In this document: positions 45,977 through 55,214 of the stretch, one piece after another
How the letters are laid out: each line of letters opens with the position of its first letter
Numbering within the stretch: the first letter of the stretch is position 1
NCBI GenBank assembly: GCA_964510885.1
Contig: CAZEDL010000001.1
Span: 684-64,683, forward strand
From: an uncultured Gammaproteobacteria bacterium
GTDB lineage: Bacteria; Patescibacteriota; Patescibacteriia; Magasanikbacterales; GWA2-37-8
Direction of reading: 5' to 3'
Length of the DNA stretch: 64,000 nt
Made by a program: the position numbers and the translations under genes
The notes under the pieces: model-generated
Told to the model about the DNA's origin: nothing
Databases searched by the model: none
What the model saw: only the letters and a program-made list of their open reading frames with translations

Positions 45977-48319
45977 ATGGGATGGCTTGATTCGTCTCGA
46001 AAAATTTTAGGCATGAACGCGCGTAATTTACTCTATATTGATGAGTATAATAGCCGCGCGCATAAACGCTTTGCCGATGACAAACTGTTTACTAAACAGT
46101 ATTTATCATCGCGCGGTATTGGCGTTGCCAAGCTCTATGGAGTAATTAAAACCCCGGGTGAACTGCGGGTTTTTAATCCCGATTCGCTACCCAAGACCTT
46201 TGTAATCAAGCCCAACCGCGGCTTTGGTGGCGAAGGAATTATTGTCATTGACGATCGTCAAGGGGGTATTTTTATTGATGCCGCCGGCGAGCGCCATACC
46301 TGGCAAGAATTATCGCTGCACATGGTGTCTATTCTCGAAGGAAAATACTCAATTTCAGGTATCCGTGATCAGGCCTTGCTTGAAGAACGTCTGCTGCCCG
46401 CTGAATTTCTGAGCCCCTATATCACCAAAGGTTTGCCAGATATTCGCATTATTGTGTTTAAGTTAGTACCGGTTATTGCCATGTTACGCCTGCCGACCCG
46501 AGATTCGCACGGCAAAGCTAATTTACATATGGGCGCCCTCGGGGTAGGCCTTGATATCGCCACGGGGAGAGCCAGCTTCGCCGTATCAAAAGGACAATTT
46601 GTCACTGCCTTGCCGAGCGGCCTGCCGGTAAAAGATATAAAAATGAAACAATGGGATGAGGTGCTGATGACGGCTATACAAGCCGCGCATCTCAGCAAGA
46701 TCGGATTTGTAGCGGTAGATATTGTTGCCACGTCAACCGGCGTAAAAATCCTTGAGCTTAATGCGCGCCCCGGCTTGTCAGTTCAGATAGCTAATCAAAT
46801 CCCGTTGAGGCAGCGCCTGGAACAGATCAGTGATAGTAAAGTCAATACCCCCGAACAAGGCTTATCTATTTGTCGTGCTTTATTTGGCAGTGGTCGTACT
46901 ACCACTGGGAAGCCCGCTGCCGCCAAAACTATTATCTCGCCCTATGAAGATGTGCTCTTATTGTCAGAACCCGAACAGATGATCCGGGCCCGGATCGACC
47001 CAGCCGCTGAAAAAAATACTATCTCTACGCGCTATTTAGGAGCCAAAACCAACGAACATATCACAGTAAAATTAAAAGGCAAGCGGTTGGTGTTACCAGT
47101 AGCAGTCACAGAATTTTCAACTGACACAGCCTATGACCTGATCGTTGCCGGCAAATTTCTAACTGATTTTTTAATTGATCCGAGCTTGAAACTAGAAGAG
47201 AGACAGATAGTGAGCGATCTACATCACGTCACTTCAGAGCGTAACGAGCGAATCCTTCGCAGTATTGATAAGCGGTTGGGTGTTATTGACCGATCCTTAC
47301 ATGTACTCAGAGCACTCCGTCCACTGAATGCGAAACAGGCCAAAGAGATGTTTTTCGCCAATCCAGACAGCTCACCTATTTTTGCCTATGCTCCAGCTCC
47401 CGCTAATCTTCCCAAATTAGAAAAAGAACTGTTTACGTTGCCGTCGGTGCCCGATCATCCGCTTCGTCTCTTGTACACCAACAAAATTGCCGCCCTAAAA
47501 ACAGCCATTGAGTTAATAAAATATCATGATAGTGAGCGACTGACAGAGTTGTCGAGCACGTTATTTGGCCCGATCAGTGCCGAGATCTACCAGGCGGCCT
47601 GCCGGTCGTATGAAGAAACCATCATTCACGAAGATCACAGTGAATTATTAACCACCTCAAATATCGTCAAATACCTGGAGGAGTTTTTTGCCAATCGCAA
47701 TCTGACTCAGTGGAAAGTGATGGTGAGCGAGCACTGCACCGCCGATATAGCCGTCTCTAAAAAACGCAGTGTGATTCTCAAAGCCGGCGTGTCCTTTACT
47801 GCCAATCGGCTACGCAGTGTGATCATGCATGAAATCATGACCCACGCCTATCGGTTTGAAAACGGTGAACGGCAGAAGTATGGGTTGTTTGCACTCGGCA
47901 CAGCCGGGTATCTGGCCACCGAAGAAGGCTTGGCCATTTATAATCAGAAAAAATTAGGCGTCCCACTCGGGGAACGTGACGTAGTGCCACCCTTACATTG
48001 TATTGCAGCGTATCTCGGACTAGAGCATTCTTTTGCCGAAGTATTCGCGCTTCTCAAAACCATCTATGGCGTCAGCGACGAATTAGCCTGGAAGGTATGT
48101 CTGCGCTCGAAACGTGGCCTCACCAATACAGCTGCGCCAGTCGTATGCATGCGCGATACGGCCTATTACCGTGGCTATCGCGCCGTAAAAAAGTATATCG
48201 ATGCAACCGGTGAAAGTGGTTTAAAGCAGCTCTACATAGGTAAGATCAGTTTGGAAGATATACCATCATTAGAAAATTTGTCGCTCGAAGCGCCTACGCT
48301 CTTGCCAAATTTTTCATAA
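45977..48319 (+). CDS. fusion: alpha-L-glutamate-ligase-like ATP-grasp + degenerate retropepsin-like domain + DUF1704 (MATCAP-type) metallocarboxypeptidase
   Basis: N-terminal ILGMNARN, DDKLFTK, KPNRGFGGEGI, PDIRII, ANLHMGA, ELNARPGL; middle ARIDPAA...YDLIVAGKFL..FLIDP; C-terminal HEIMTH, TEEGLA, RSKRG, RDTAYYRG, LYIGKI. Confidence 0.88.
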   Translation: MGWLDSSRKILGMNARNLLYIDEYNSRAHKRFADDKLFTKQYLSSRGIGVAKLYGVIKTPGELRVFNPDSLPKTFVIKPNRGFGGEGIIVIDDRQGGIFIDAAGERHTWQELSLHMVSILEGKYSISGIRDQALLEERLLPAEFLSPYITKGLPDIRIIVFKLVPVIAMLRLPTRDSHGKANLHMGALGVGLDIATGRASFAVSKGQFVTALPSGLPVKDIKMKQWDEVLMTAIQAAHLSKIGFVAVDIVATSTGVKILELNARPGLSVQIANQIPLRQRLEQISDSKVNTPEQGLSICRALFGSGRTTTGKPAAAKTIISPYEDVLLLSEPEQMIRARIDPAAEKNTISTRYLGAKTNEHITVKLKGKRLVLPVAVTEFSTDTAYDLIVAGKFLTDFLIDPSLKLEERQIVSDLHHVTSERNERILRSIDKRLGVIDRSLHVLRALRPLNAKQAKEMFFANPDSSPIFAYAPAPANLPKLEKELFTLPSVPDHPLRLLYTNKIAALKTAIELIKYHDSERLTELSSTLFGPISAEIYQAACRSYEETIIHEDHSELLTTSNIVKYLEEFFANRNLTQWKVMVSEHCTADIAVSKKRSVILKAGVSFTANRLRSVIMHEIMTHAYRFENGERQKYGLFALGTAGYLATEEGLAIYNQKKLGVPLGERDVVPPLHCIAAYLGLEHSFAEVFALLKTIYGVSDELAWKVCLRSKRGLTNTAAPVVCMRDTAYYRGYRAVKKYIDATGESGLKQLYIGKISLEDIPSLENLSLEAPTLLPNFS

Positions 48320-48327
48320 GTACAACC

Positions 48328-48351
48328 TAAAACACCCCGTAGGGGTGTTTT
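48328..48351. terminator. bidirectional terminator
   Basis: AAAACACCCC-GTA-GGGGTGTTTT. Confidence 0.7.
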
Positions 48352-48373
48352 ATAACTAAGACGGACAGTTTGT

Positions 48374-49945
48374 TTATCTAAGCATCGGTTTCTCTACCGG
48401 TAGAGCCGTTGGTTCGCTATCAATCGGCATGGGCAGAGGCATCGGTTGAGGTTTCTCCGGCGAGTTAATTAGGTCTTTAATCAGTGGTACCATTACAAAT
48501 TTATTATAATACGGGTAGATTGTAGTTGGAGCGTTAATCACTGGAAAGATATACACAGGTACATACAGCTCAAAAGACTCTTGTCCGTCTGCCGAGCTTT
48601 TCCAGGTGCGGGCATACGAAATACTTGGAGTGCCAAGTTTAATTTCAACTGGTTTTTTAGCTTCGGGTTGATACCAGTTAGTACCACTCGCCTCGGCCAC
48701 CTTCACAATCCGACCAAAGTCAGTCTCAGCTTCATAGCCAGAGCTTTCATAGCGTTCTGCCTGCAAGTTCCAAACACTTGTTACTTTTTTTTCACGTTGG
48801 TCGATGCTAACCTGTAGACCGATCGGGCCACCATTTAATTCATGCACCTTTGATCCGCCAAGTTGAAGGGGATAAATAACCGTGGCAATTTCCGAAACAT
48901 ATCCGTCGCCGCCACCATCTGCCATTGGCCGCATTAAGTAGATAGGGCTAAAGGAATCCTGTATCTCCGGGGAGCCGTACTGAGAGGTAGAGATCCCGTG
49001 CACCTTCAAGAATTCATTAGATAACGCAATCAGTGCTTCTGGAGTCATGGCTTGATCCCGGGTGAAAGGTGGGGGAGTGGGGCAGATGCCACTAGCACAC
49101 TTGCTCCACACCGACCAATTCTGGTTGATCGAAATAGCGCTATCGCCCAAATTAACCGTAACAGTATACCCATGATCGCGCTCGTCAACTAACTCAAAAC
49201 TGCGCAGTTTGCTCCCGGCAAAACTATTTAGGTTGATCAAGTCAAGATTCAAGTCTTTGACCGTGCTGAAGTCAGCCAAGTTAGTGCTTCTGATTTTTTT
49301 GAATACATCACGGGTGGTTTCGCTTAATTCAAGGGTCTCACCTTTATAGACGTAGGTATAGGGCTGGAACATGTCAGGCGCCACAATTCGGCTGGCGTCG
49401 CCGCCCATGCCTGGAGCCACCATTTTACTGCTCATTGCAGCAATCGGCGCGGTCGGCGCCGCGTTACGGGCTGCCTGATCAGTGGCCATGGATGCCATTT
49501 CCGAAGCTGGGGCCGGAACGGGGGTTGCCGCATCAAGAGAAACCAGCGTCGCCAAGGGCCCAAAGGCATTTTGTCCCTTCTTTTCGATAGTCGAAGAATT
49601 GGCTATTTTTTTAGCTAAAAATGGAGAATTATGGCCCGAAAATTGGCTGAATGATAAAGCTACAACCAATACGCCAAGCGCTCCACCAAGAGTATATAAT
49701 GGCTTAGGATTCATAAACAAAATACTTAAGAATGATAATATTGAAGTTGGTCGCGTTGAAGTGCGAGCGGTTCTTTTTCGCAGCTCTGTTGCGAGCTGTG
49801 TGCGAAATGCCTCACGCATTGGTACCTCGGGTTTGAGGGAGGTAAATTGCTCTATGAGCTGCTCTAGCTCGGTGTCGCTCAGGGTAAGCGGCGGGTCGAG
49901 TTTTTCTAACTCGTCTCGGAGCTGTTGTAAGGTTATATGGTCCAT
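48374..49945 (-). CDS. putative anti-sigma factor: short cytoplasmic N-terminus, TM, large extracytoplasmic domain
   Basis: Overlaps the ECF sigma stop; P..AFRTQLATEL helix, then TM and a Met/Pro-rich exterior domain. Confidence 0.6.
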   Translation of the reverse strand: MDHITLQQLRDELEKLDPPLTLSDTELEQLIEQFTSLKPEVPMREAFRTQLATELRKRTARTSTRPTSILSFLSILFMNPKPLYTLGGALGVLVVALSFSQFSGHNSPFLAKKIANSSTIEKKGQNAFGPLATLVSLDAATPVPAPASEMASMATDQAARNAAPTAPIAAMSSKMVAPGMGGDASRIVAPDMFQPYTYVYKGETLELSETTRDVFKKIRSTNLADFSTVKDLNLDLINLNSFAGSKLRSFELVDERDHGYTVTVNLGDSAISINQNWSVWSKCASGICPTPPPFTRDQAMTPEALIALSNEFLKVHGISTSQYGSPEIQDSFSPIYLMRPMADGGGDGYVSEIATVIYPLQLGGSKVHELNGGPIGLQVSIDQREKKVTSVWNLQAERYESSGYEAETDFGRIVKVAEASGTNWYQPEAKKPVEIKLGTPSISYARTWKSSADGQESFELYVPVYIFPVINAPTTIYPYYNKFVMVPLIKDLINSPEKPQPMPLPMPIDSEPTALPVEKPMLR

Positions 49946-50520
49946 ATACTAGATACTACGATAGCCATAATAAAAAGTAACAATCCGCCCGAAGGATAGA
50001 CCTGTTTTAAGGCAGAAACCCCGCGCGCCAAGCGCATTTTTGCCGTTCCCTCACTGATACTAAGCACCGTTGAAATTTCGGCAAAACTGAGCTGCTGCCA
50101 AAAACGCAGGATAAGAACTTCCCGCTGATCGGGGGTGAGAGCGGATAATAAATTTTCCACTTTTGCCAGTTCTAGGCGCACATGCGTTTCTTCAGTCTGG
50201 TCTAGGGTGCTTTTAAGTTCTGTGTGATCTTCAATATCACCGACTAGTTTGGCTGTTCGATAGTGATCAATCACGGTATTGCGCGCAATTCGGTATATCC
50301 AACTAGAAAACGTTCCCTTATCTGGATCGCAGCGGCTGATCGTATCAAGCGCTTTGAAAAAAGTCTGGCTCGTTAAATCTTCAGCGGTTTCACGATGATG
50401 TGTTTTATAGTAGATAAAATTATAAATGGGCTTTAAAAACGCTTCGTATAAAGCACTAAATGCTTCCTGATTGCCAGTCTGGCAGGCTCGCACCAGTCTG
50501 CCTTGCTCTTGAGGGTCCAT
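49933..50520 (-). CDS. ECF RNA polymerase sigma factor (sigma-70 group 4)
   Basis: AFSALYE, AEDLTSQTF, FSSWIYRIARNTVIDHYR, QREVLILRF..LSFAEIS...EGTAK; hydrophobic C-terminal tail. Confidence 0.93.
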   Translation of the reverse strand: MDPQEQGRLVRACQTGNQEAFSALYEAFLKPIYNFIYYKTHHRETAEDLTSQTFFKALDTISRCDPDKGTFSSWIYRIARNTVIDHYRTAKLVGDIEDHTELKSTLDQTEETHVRLELAKVENLLSALTPDQREVLILRFWQQLSFAEISTVLSISEGTAKMRLARGVSALKQVYPSGGLLLFIMAIVVSSIWTI

Positions 50521-50605
50521 ACAATAAATAATTTCTGGTAATTTTTTCTCTTTACAATAATTTTAATATATTTTGATTGCTGTTCACGCTGAGATTGAGC
50601 TTAAT

Positions 50606-51187
50606 TTATAAACTAGCCACGACTTCAGCGATTCTGTCTTCAACATTTTTGCGAACAGCTGCACCGAACCACGCCACTACTGCTCCGCCATCTGGAGTCC
50701 GTTCCGTATGCACTGGAGGAAATAATCCTGTGGGGTGTTTAATTTTTTGCTGCCATTGTTCTAGCCAGGCATCACTTAATTTGACGCCTATAGGGAAGTA
50801 CATGGCGATGTAGCTGTAACATGCAGGAGTGCTCGGGCAAGATCCGTCGGATTGGCAACGTATGCCAAACATAATGGTAGCGGGCAGATCTGGGCGTAAG
50901 TAGCCACTATAGACACGATATGGGTTTACGTTAGCAAATCCAAATGGATTGGCAATTGGTGTGGTGGTATTCTGTACCCAGCCTTTTTCGCGAGTATACT
51001 TTTCGAAATCAATTTTGTTGCGCCTCTCATTGATTACTAAGGCGATGGGAAAGCCTACTAAAAAAATGAAGATGCCTCCAAACAAGATTGGTTTAATCGT
51101 GTCGCCATAAGCTGTAGTTACCAGTAATAATACCATGCCACCGAGCAGTAAGAACGGCAAAAAAATTGCGATAAAGACACGTTTCAT
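50606..51187 (-). CDS. hypothetical membrane protein
   Basis: Two N-terminal TM helices and a soluble domain. Confidence 0.6.
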   Translation of the reverse strand: MKRVFIAIFLPFLLLGGMVLLLVTTAYGDTIKPILFGGIFIFLVGFPIALVINERRNKIDFEKYTREKGWVQNTTTPIANPFGFANVNPYRVYSGYLRPDLPATIMFGIRCQSDGSCPSTPACYSYIAMYFPIGVKLSDAWLEQWQQKIKHPTGLFPPVHTERTPDGGAVVAWFGAAVRKNVEDRIAEVVASL

Positions 51188-51198
51188 AGAAGGTGCCT

Positions 51199-52083
51199 TT
51201 ATGCTCCCTCGTACGCCTGCTGTAAAGTAGCAATGTCAAATTTTTTCATCTTCATGAACGCTTCGGTCACACGTTTCACTTGCTCCTTGGTACCCTTGCT
51301 CATCATTTCATTCATCGCGGTCGGGACGATTTGCCAGGATACACCAAAGGCGTCCTTCAGCCAGCCGCACTGTTCAGCCGCCGGTACCGCCGATAATTTT
51401 TCAAAGCAATGATCAATTTCTGCCTGAGTATCACACGTAACCATGAGGGAAATCGCTTCGTTAAAGCTGAATTCATGTTTATGGGCACTGTCCATGGCCG
51501 CAAACTGCTGCCCTAGCAAACTAAAACCAGCGTGCCGAATGGTACCTTCTTTATCAGGTGCTTCCCCGGCCCCATACCGCATCACATGACCAATTTCAGA
51601 ATTAGCAAAAATTGAGGTATAGAGAGTAATAGCTTCTTCAGCGCGGCCGCATACCTGCCCCACAAACATAAGCGTGGGCGTAATTTTTTGAGTAATCGGT
51701 CTGCCTCCCGTATGCATGATCTGCCAGGATAATCCATACTTGTCTTTCGTCCAGCCATACCGCTGGCTGAACGGGTAGCTGCCAAGCTCCATAAGCGCTT
51801 CACCACCAACCGATAGCTTGCCCCATAATTTATCCACTTCTTCAGGCGTCTCACACGCAATCAAAAACGAAATCGCTGGTGTAAATTTAAATAATGGGCC
51901 GGCTGAAATAAGGGTGAAATCCTGCCCGGGCAAGGCAATTGATACAATATCGACTGATCCTGAAGGGGTGCCGTCAATAGACGTTGAACTGGTAATACGT
52001 GCGTCCTTAAACAAGGATACATAAAAGTCCGCTGCTGCTTTGGCTTCTTTATCAAACCATAAATGAGTGCTGATTTTTGGCAT
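51199..52083 (-). CDS. tandem VOC/PhnB-like (3-demethylubiquinone-9 3-methyltransferase family) protein
   Basis: Two repeats: LWFDKEA...GWTKDKYGLSWQI and CGWLKDAFGVSWQI; MKMKKFDI. Confidence 0.92.
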   Translation of the reverse strand: MPKISTHLWFDKEAKAAADFYVSLFKDARITSSTSIDGTPSGSVDIVSIALPGQDFTLISAGPLFKFTPAISFLIACETPEEVDKLWGKLSVGGEALMELGSYPFSQRYGWTKDKYGLSWQIMHTGGRPITQKITPTLMFVGQVCGRAEEAITLYTSIFANSEIGHVMRYGAGEAPDKEGTIRHAGFSLLGQQFAAMDSAHKHEFSFNEAISLMVTCDTQAEIDHCFEKLSAVPAAEQCGWLKDAFGVSWQIVPTAMNEMMSKGTKEQVKRVTEAFMKMKKFDIATLQQAYEGA

Positions 52084-52091
52084 AAAAAATA

Positions 52092-52505
52092 TTAAAAAGT
52101 ACGCTCTACGTAGGCTTTGAAATTATTCAAAATTGCCTGCCAACCGTCGCGCTGCATTTCAGGGCTATTCTGACTCTCTGGATCAAAGGTCTCAGTAATT
52201 TTCACTCCTTCGGGCATTTGTTCAAATGTTATCCGCGCTGTTCGACCATCATCCATGGTGTAAGCGATCAAAGTATGCGCGGTTACTGCAGTATACATTC
52301 CCGTAAAATCAAAACTAACACTCTTGTCTTTGGCAGCCATGGTAGTTTTAAAGCGCCCACCGACGCGCACATCGTTTTCTGCTGCTGGAGCTTCCCAATC
52401 ATTTGTTGCAAAGGCCCATTTAGTAATATGCTCTGGATCTGTCCAGGCTTCCCACACCTGTGGCAGGGGAGCGGCTACAATAGCTGACACGGTAATTGGC
52501 TGCAT
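52092..52505 (-). CDS. SRPBCC/AHSA1-like domain protein
   Basis: VWEAWTDPEHITKW, DVRVGGRF, MQRDGWQAILNNFK. Confidence 0.92.
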   Translation of the reverse strand: MQPITVSAIVAAPLPQVWEAWTDPEHITKWAFATNDWEAPAAENDVRVGGRFKTTMAAKDKSVSFDFTGMYTAVTAHTLIAYTMDDGRTARITFEQMPEGVKITETFDPESQNSPEMQRDGWQAILNNFKAYVERTF

Positions 52506-52597
52506 AGTACTAATAATTAATGATTACAAGATAGGATTAATATGGTAAACTAAGTCTTAATTGTATAGCAATCTCTATTTTATTGTAAAGTTTTTAT

Positions 52598-54541
52598 ATG
52601 AATTGTCTATCTCGTTTTCTTCTCGTTGTGGCCGCTCTTGCCAGCCTAGGTCTTGGCACAGTCGCAGAGGCTGCCACTACCCCGGTCTTGGCGGTTAGTG
52701 TGGTAAGCGGCGATGTAGTTCAAGCCGCCATTACCGGTGATGCTTCAAGCTCCGTCCGGCTCTCATTCCTTCCTCCGGGAGCAAGTCAATTAATCACTAC
52801 CACCCTTGGCACCACCGATAGCAGTGGCCGACTGAGTGCTACTATCAGTAGTGGAGGTTATGGTATACCGGTAGGTTCGCCGGCCTATGTCACCGTAAAC
52901 GGGCTTCAATCCACCACCATCATTTGGCCGTCATACACGAGTTCGCTCAGCCTATCGCCGAATTCAATCCAGATCGGAGTCGGCCAAGGCAGCACCATTA
53001 CCGCTTCTCACGCCGCTACCCTGGTCGCAAATAGTAACCCAAGCAGTTTTGGAACATCGGTCAGTGGGAGTCAAGTCACGGTGAGTGGACTTGCTAATGG
53101 CTTTGGTACGGCTTCGTTCTGCGCGGCGAGCGTCGGGTGTGCTGCCCTCACCATAACGGTTGGTGGGCAAACTGGCCAATCCGCTGTCTCTCTTAGCCAG
53201 AATTCTGTTTCGCTAAGTAGCGGTCAAAGTAAAGACATTATCGTCTTCGGCCCAAGCGGGGGTTTTGTCATTACGTCTAATTCTAATCCCGGAGTAGTCG
53301 AAGCCAGCATCAGCGGACAAAGTAGTAGTCTCATTTTATACGCTAAAAATAACGCTGGTAATGCGACTGTCACCATCTGTTCCGCCACGAATACTACTAA
53401 TTGTGCCACCCTGGTTGTTACCACTTCCGGTGCTACCAATTCGGTTTTATCTTTTAGTCAAAATACGGTGGGCCTCGTTCCAGGCCAAGCTCAAACAGTC
53501 ACGGTCGCAGGTGGAGGCGGTTCGTATTATCTGTCCTCTAATTCTAATTCCGGAGTAGTGCAGGCCACTGTAAATAATAATTCCGTCACGCTGATCGGCG
53601 GCTCTAATACCGGCACGGCTATTATTTTAATATGCTCTGCCACCACGAGTAATGCCTGCGGCAATTTTACCGTCATTACGAGTGCTGCGAGCTCTGCCAC
53701 CACCACACCGTTCCTCACGTTCAGTCAAAATGTACTGTCAGTACCGTTCGGTCAGACAGTGACGGTCACCGCCTCGGGCGGTAGTGGCTCTGGGTATGTG
53801 GTCGCATCAAATAGTAATTCGAGCCTTATAACTGCCAGTGCCAATACTGCCTCGAGTACTATCTATTTTTCTGTAAATGCAGCCAGTGGCTCGGGCATTG
53901 TCACGGTATGTGCTACAAATCCTGCCACCACCTGCGGCAGTGTGTATGTTACTGCAGTTGCTGCCCCGGTCCAGCTGACATTCAGTCAGAATAATGTCTC
54001 TCTGCGTCCTGGTCAAAGCACCAATATCATTATTTATGGTAACCAAGGTGGTTCTGGATACACCATTTCATCAAATAGTAACCCCAATGCCGTGGCCGCC
54101 TCGCTCGGTAGTGGTCAATCGTTACTCGTTTTAACAGCCAAGGCTACCACTGGCTCGGCAGCCATTACCATTTGTTCGGTAGGGGATAGTAGTAACTGTG
54201 CTTCTCTCCATGCTTATTCAGTGCCTGCTGTAAATCAATCTCCCGCAGTAAGTTCGCCAGCTCCAGCTGCTGCCGCAACCTCTCTCCCTGCTCCAGCTAC
54301 AACACCAGTTTCAAGTGCAGTGAAATATAAGTTCACCAGTTTGCTAACCTTAGGCTCAACCGGCACTGAAGTGAGGGAATTACAAAAAATACTAATTCAA
54401 CAAAATCTCTTAAAATCAACGGTCACCGGTCGCTTTGGCGCCCTCACCCAAGCCGCGGTGAAGGCGTTCCAGAAAAAACATGGCATCACGGTGGCCGGGT
54501 ATGTCGGGCCAGCTACCCGCGCCAAGCTAAATAGTTTCTAG
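52598..54541 (+). CDS. secreted Ser/Thr-rich repeat protein with C-terminal peptidoglycan-binding domain
   Basis: Signal peptide; five repeats with SQN...SNSNP...C-x5-7-C; C-terminal LGSTGTEVRELQ...TGRFGALTQAAVKAFQ...GYVGPATRAKLN. Confidence 0.88.
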   Translation: MNCLSRFLLVVAALASLGLGTVAEAATTPVLAVSVVSGDVVQAAITGDASSSVRLSFLPPGASQLITTTLGTTDSSGRLSATISSGGYGIPVGSPAYVTVNGLQSTTIIWPSYTSSLSLSPNSIQIGVGQGSTITASHAATLVANSNPSSFGTSVSGSQVTVSGLANGFGTASFCAASVGCAALTITVGGQTGQSAVSLSQNSVSLSSGQSKDIIVFGPSGGFVITSNSNPGVVEASISGQSSSLILYAKNNAGNATVTICSATNTTNCATLVVTTSGATNSVLSFSQNTVGLVPGQAQTVTVAGGGGSYYLSSNSNSGVVQATVNNNSVTLIGGSNTGTAIILICSATTSNACGNFTVITSAASSATTTPFLTFSQNVLSVPFGQTVTVTASGGSGSGYVVASNSNSSLITASANTASSTIYFSVNAASGSGIVTVCATNPATTCGSVYVTAVAAPVQLTFSQNNVSLRPGQSTNIIIYGNQGGSGYTISSNSNPNAVAASLGSGQSLLVLTAKATTGSAAITICSVGDSSNCASLHAYSVPAVNQSPAVSSPAPAAAATSLPAPATTPVSSAVKYKFTSLLTLGSTGTEVRELQKILIQQNLLKSTVTGRFGALTQAAVKAFQKKHGITVAGYVGPATRAKLNSF

Positions 54542-54549
54542 TATAAAAT

Positions 54550-54582
54550 AAAAATAACCTCCTCAGTGGAGGTTATTTTTTT
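54550..54582. terminator. bidirectional terminator
   Basis: AAAAATAACCTCC-TCAGT-GGAGGTTATTTTT. Confidence 0.7.
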
Positions 54583-54606
54583 TATGATGAAATGTTAGGA
54601 CTGCTT

Positions 54607-54978
54607 TTAACCACTCACTTCAACCTTAAACCCGGCATAGGCAAATCGCTTCATATCAAACGGCATATCCATGGGTTCTTTGCCATATTTTTTTTCAAAA
54701 TACGCCATCACTTTTTTATTGACCGAATCGCGATGCTGGCGCGATTTAAAGACGATGAATGAAAACCAAACAGTTTCACTCGGCTTCGGTTTGGCCATTT
54801 TGGCAAACGTGAATGTTACAAATTTTGGCTTTGGATCATCAATCATGCATTCTTTATAATCCAAGGCGCCGCATTTTTTCCATACTACTGCCGCTTCAGT
54901 CGCCATTTTTTTATATTTAGCAGTATTCTTTTTGGGGATGCAGAGTACAAAACCGTCTACATAGGTGCCTTTTGTCAT
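54607..54978 (-). CDS. DUF1428 family protein
   Basis: YVDGFV..IP...Y..MA, ETVWFSFI, HRDSVNKKVM, MPFDMKR; start MTKGTY. Confidence 0.92.
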   Translation of the reverse strand: MTKGTYVDGFVLCIPKKNTAKYKKMATEAAVVWKKCGALDYKECMIDDPKPKFVTFTFAKMAKPKPSETVWFSFIVFKSRQHRDSVNKKVMAYFEKKYGKEPMDMPFDMKRFAYAGFKVEVSG

Positions 54979-55084
54979 AGAGTAGTAGTTAATAAATAAT
55001 TCAGAAATTATTAATATACGGTAACACCAAAAACAATCATTGGCAATAACTAGAGCATTTAAGGTGTGAATTACAAAATTCATC

Positions 55085-55192
55085 TGTCATCCTGAACGAA
55101 CGTGAAGGATCTCTGTCCAACTGGTCAACATATCGACCGATAGGGATTCCCCCAAAAGGGCCTCTTCGGGGTTCGTTTCACTCAGAATGACA
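55085..55192. repeat. palindromic element of the TGTCATCCTGA...CTCAGAATGACA family
   Basis: TGTCATCCTGAACGAACGTGAAGGATCTCTGTC ... CACTCAGAATGACA; near-copy of 37677-37763. Confidence 0.8.
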
Positions 55193-55214
55193 ATTTTTTA
55201 CCAAGCTCGAGTAT

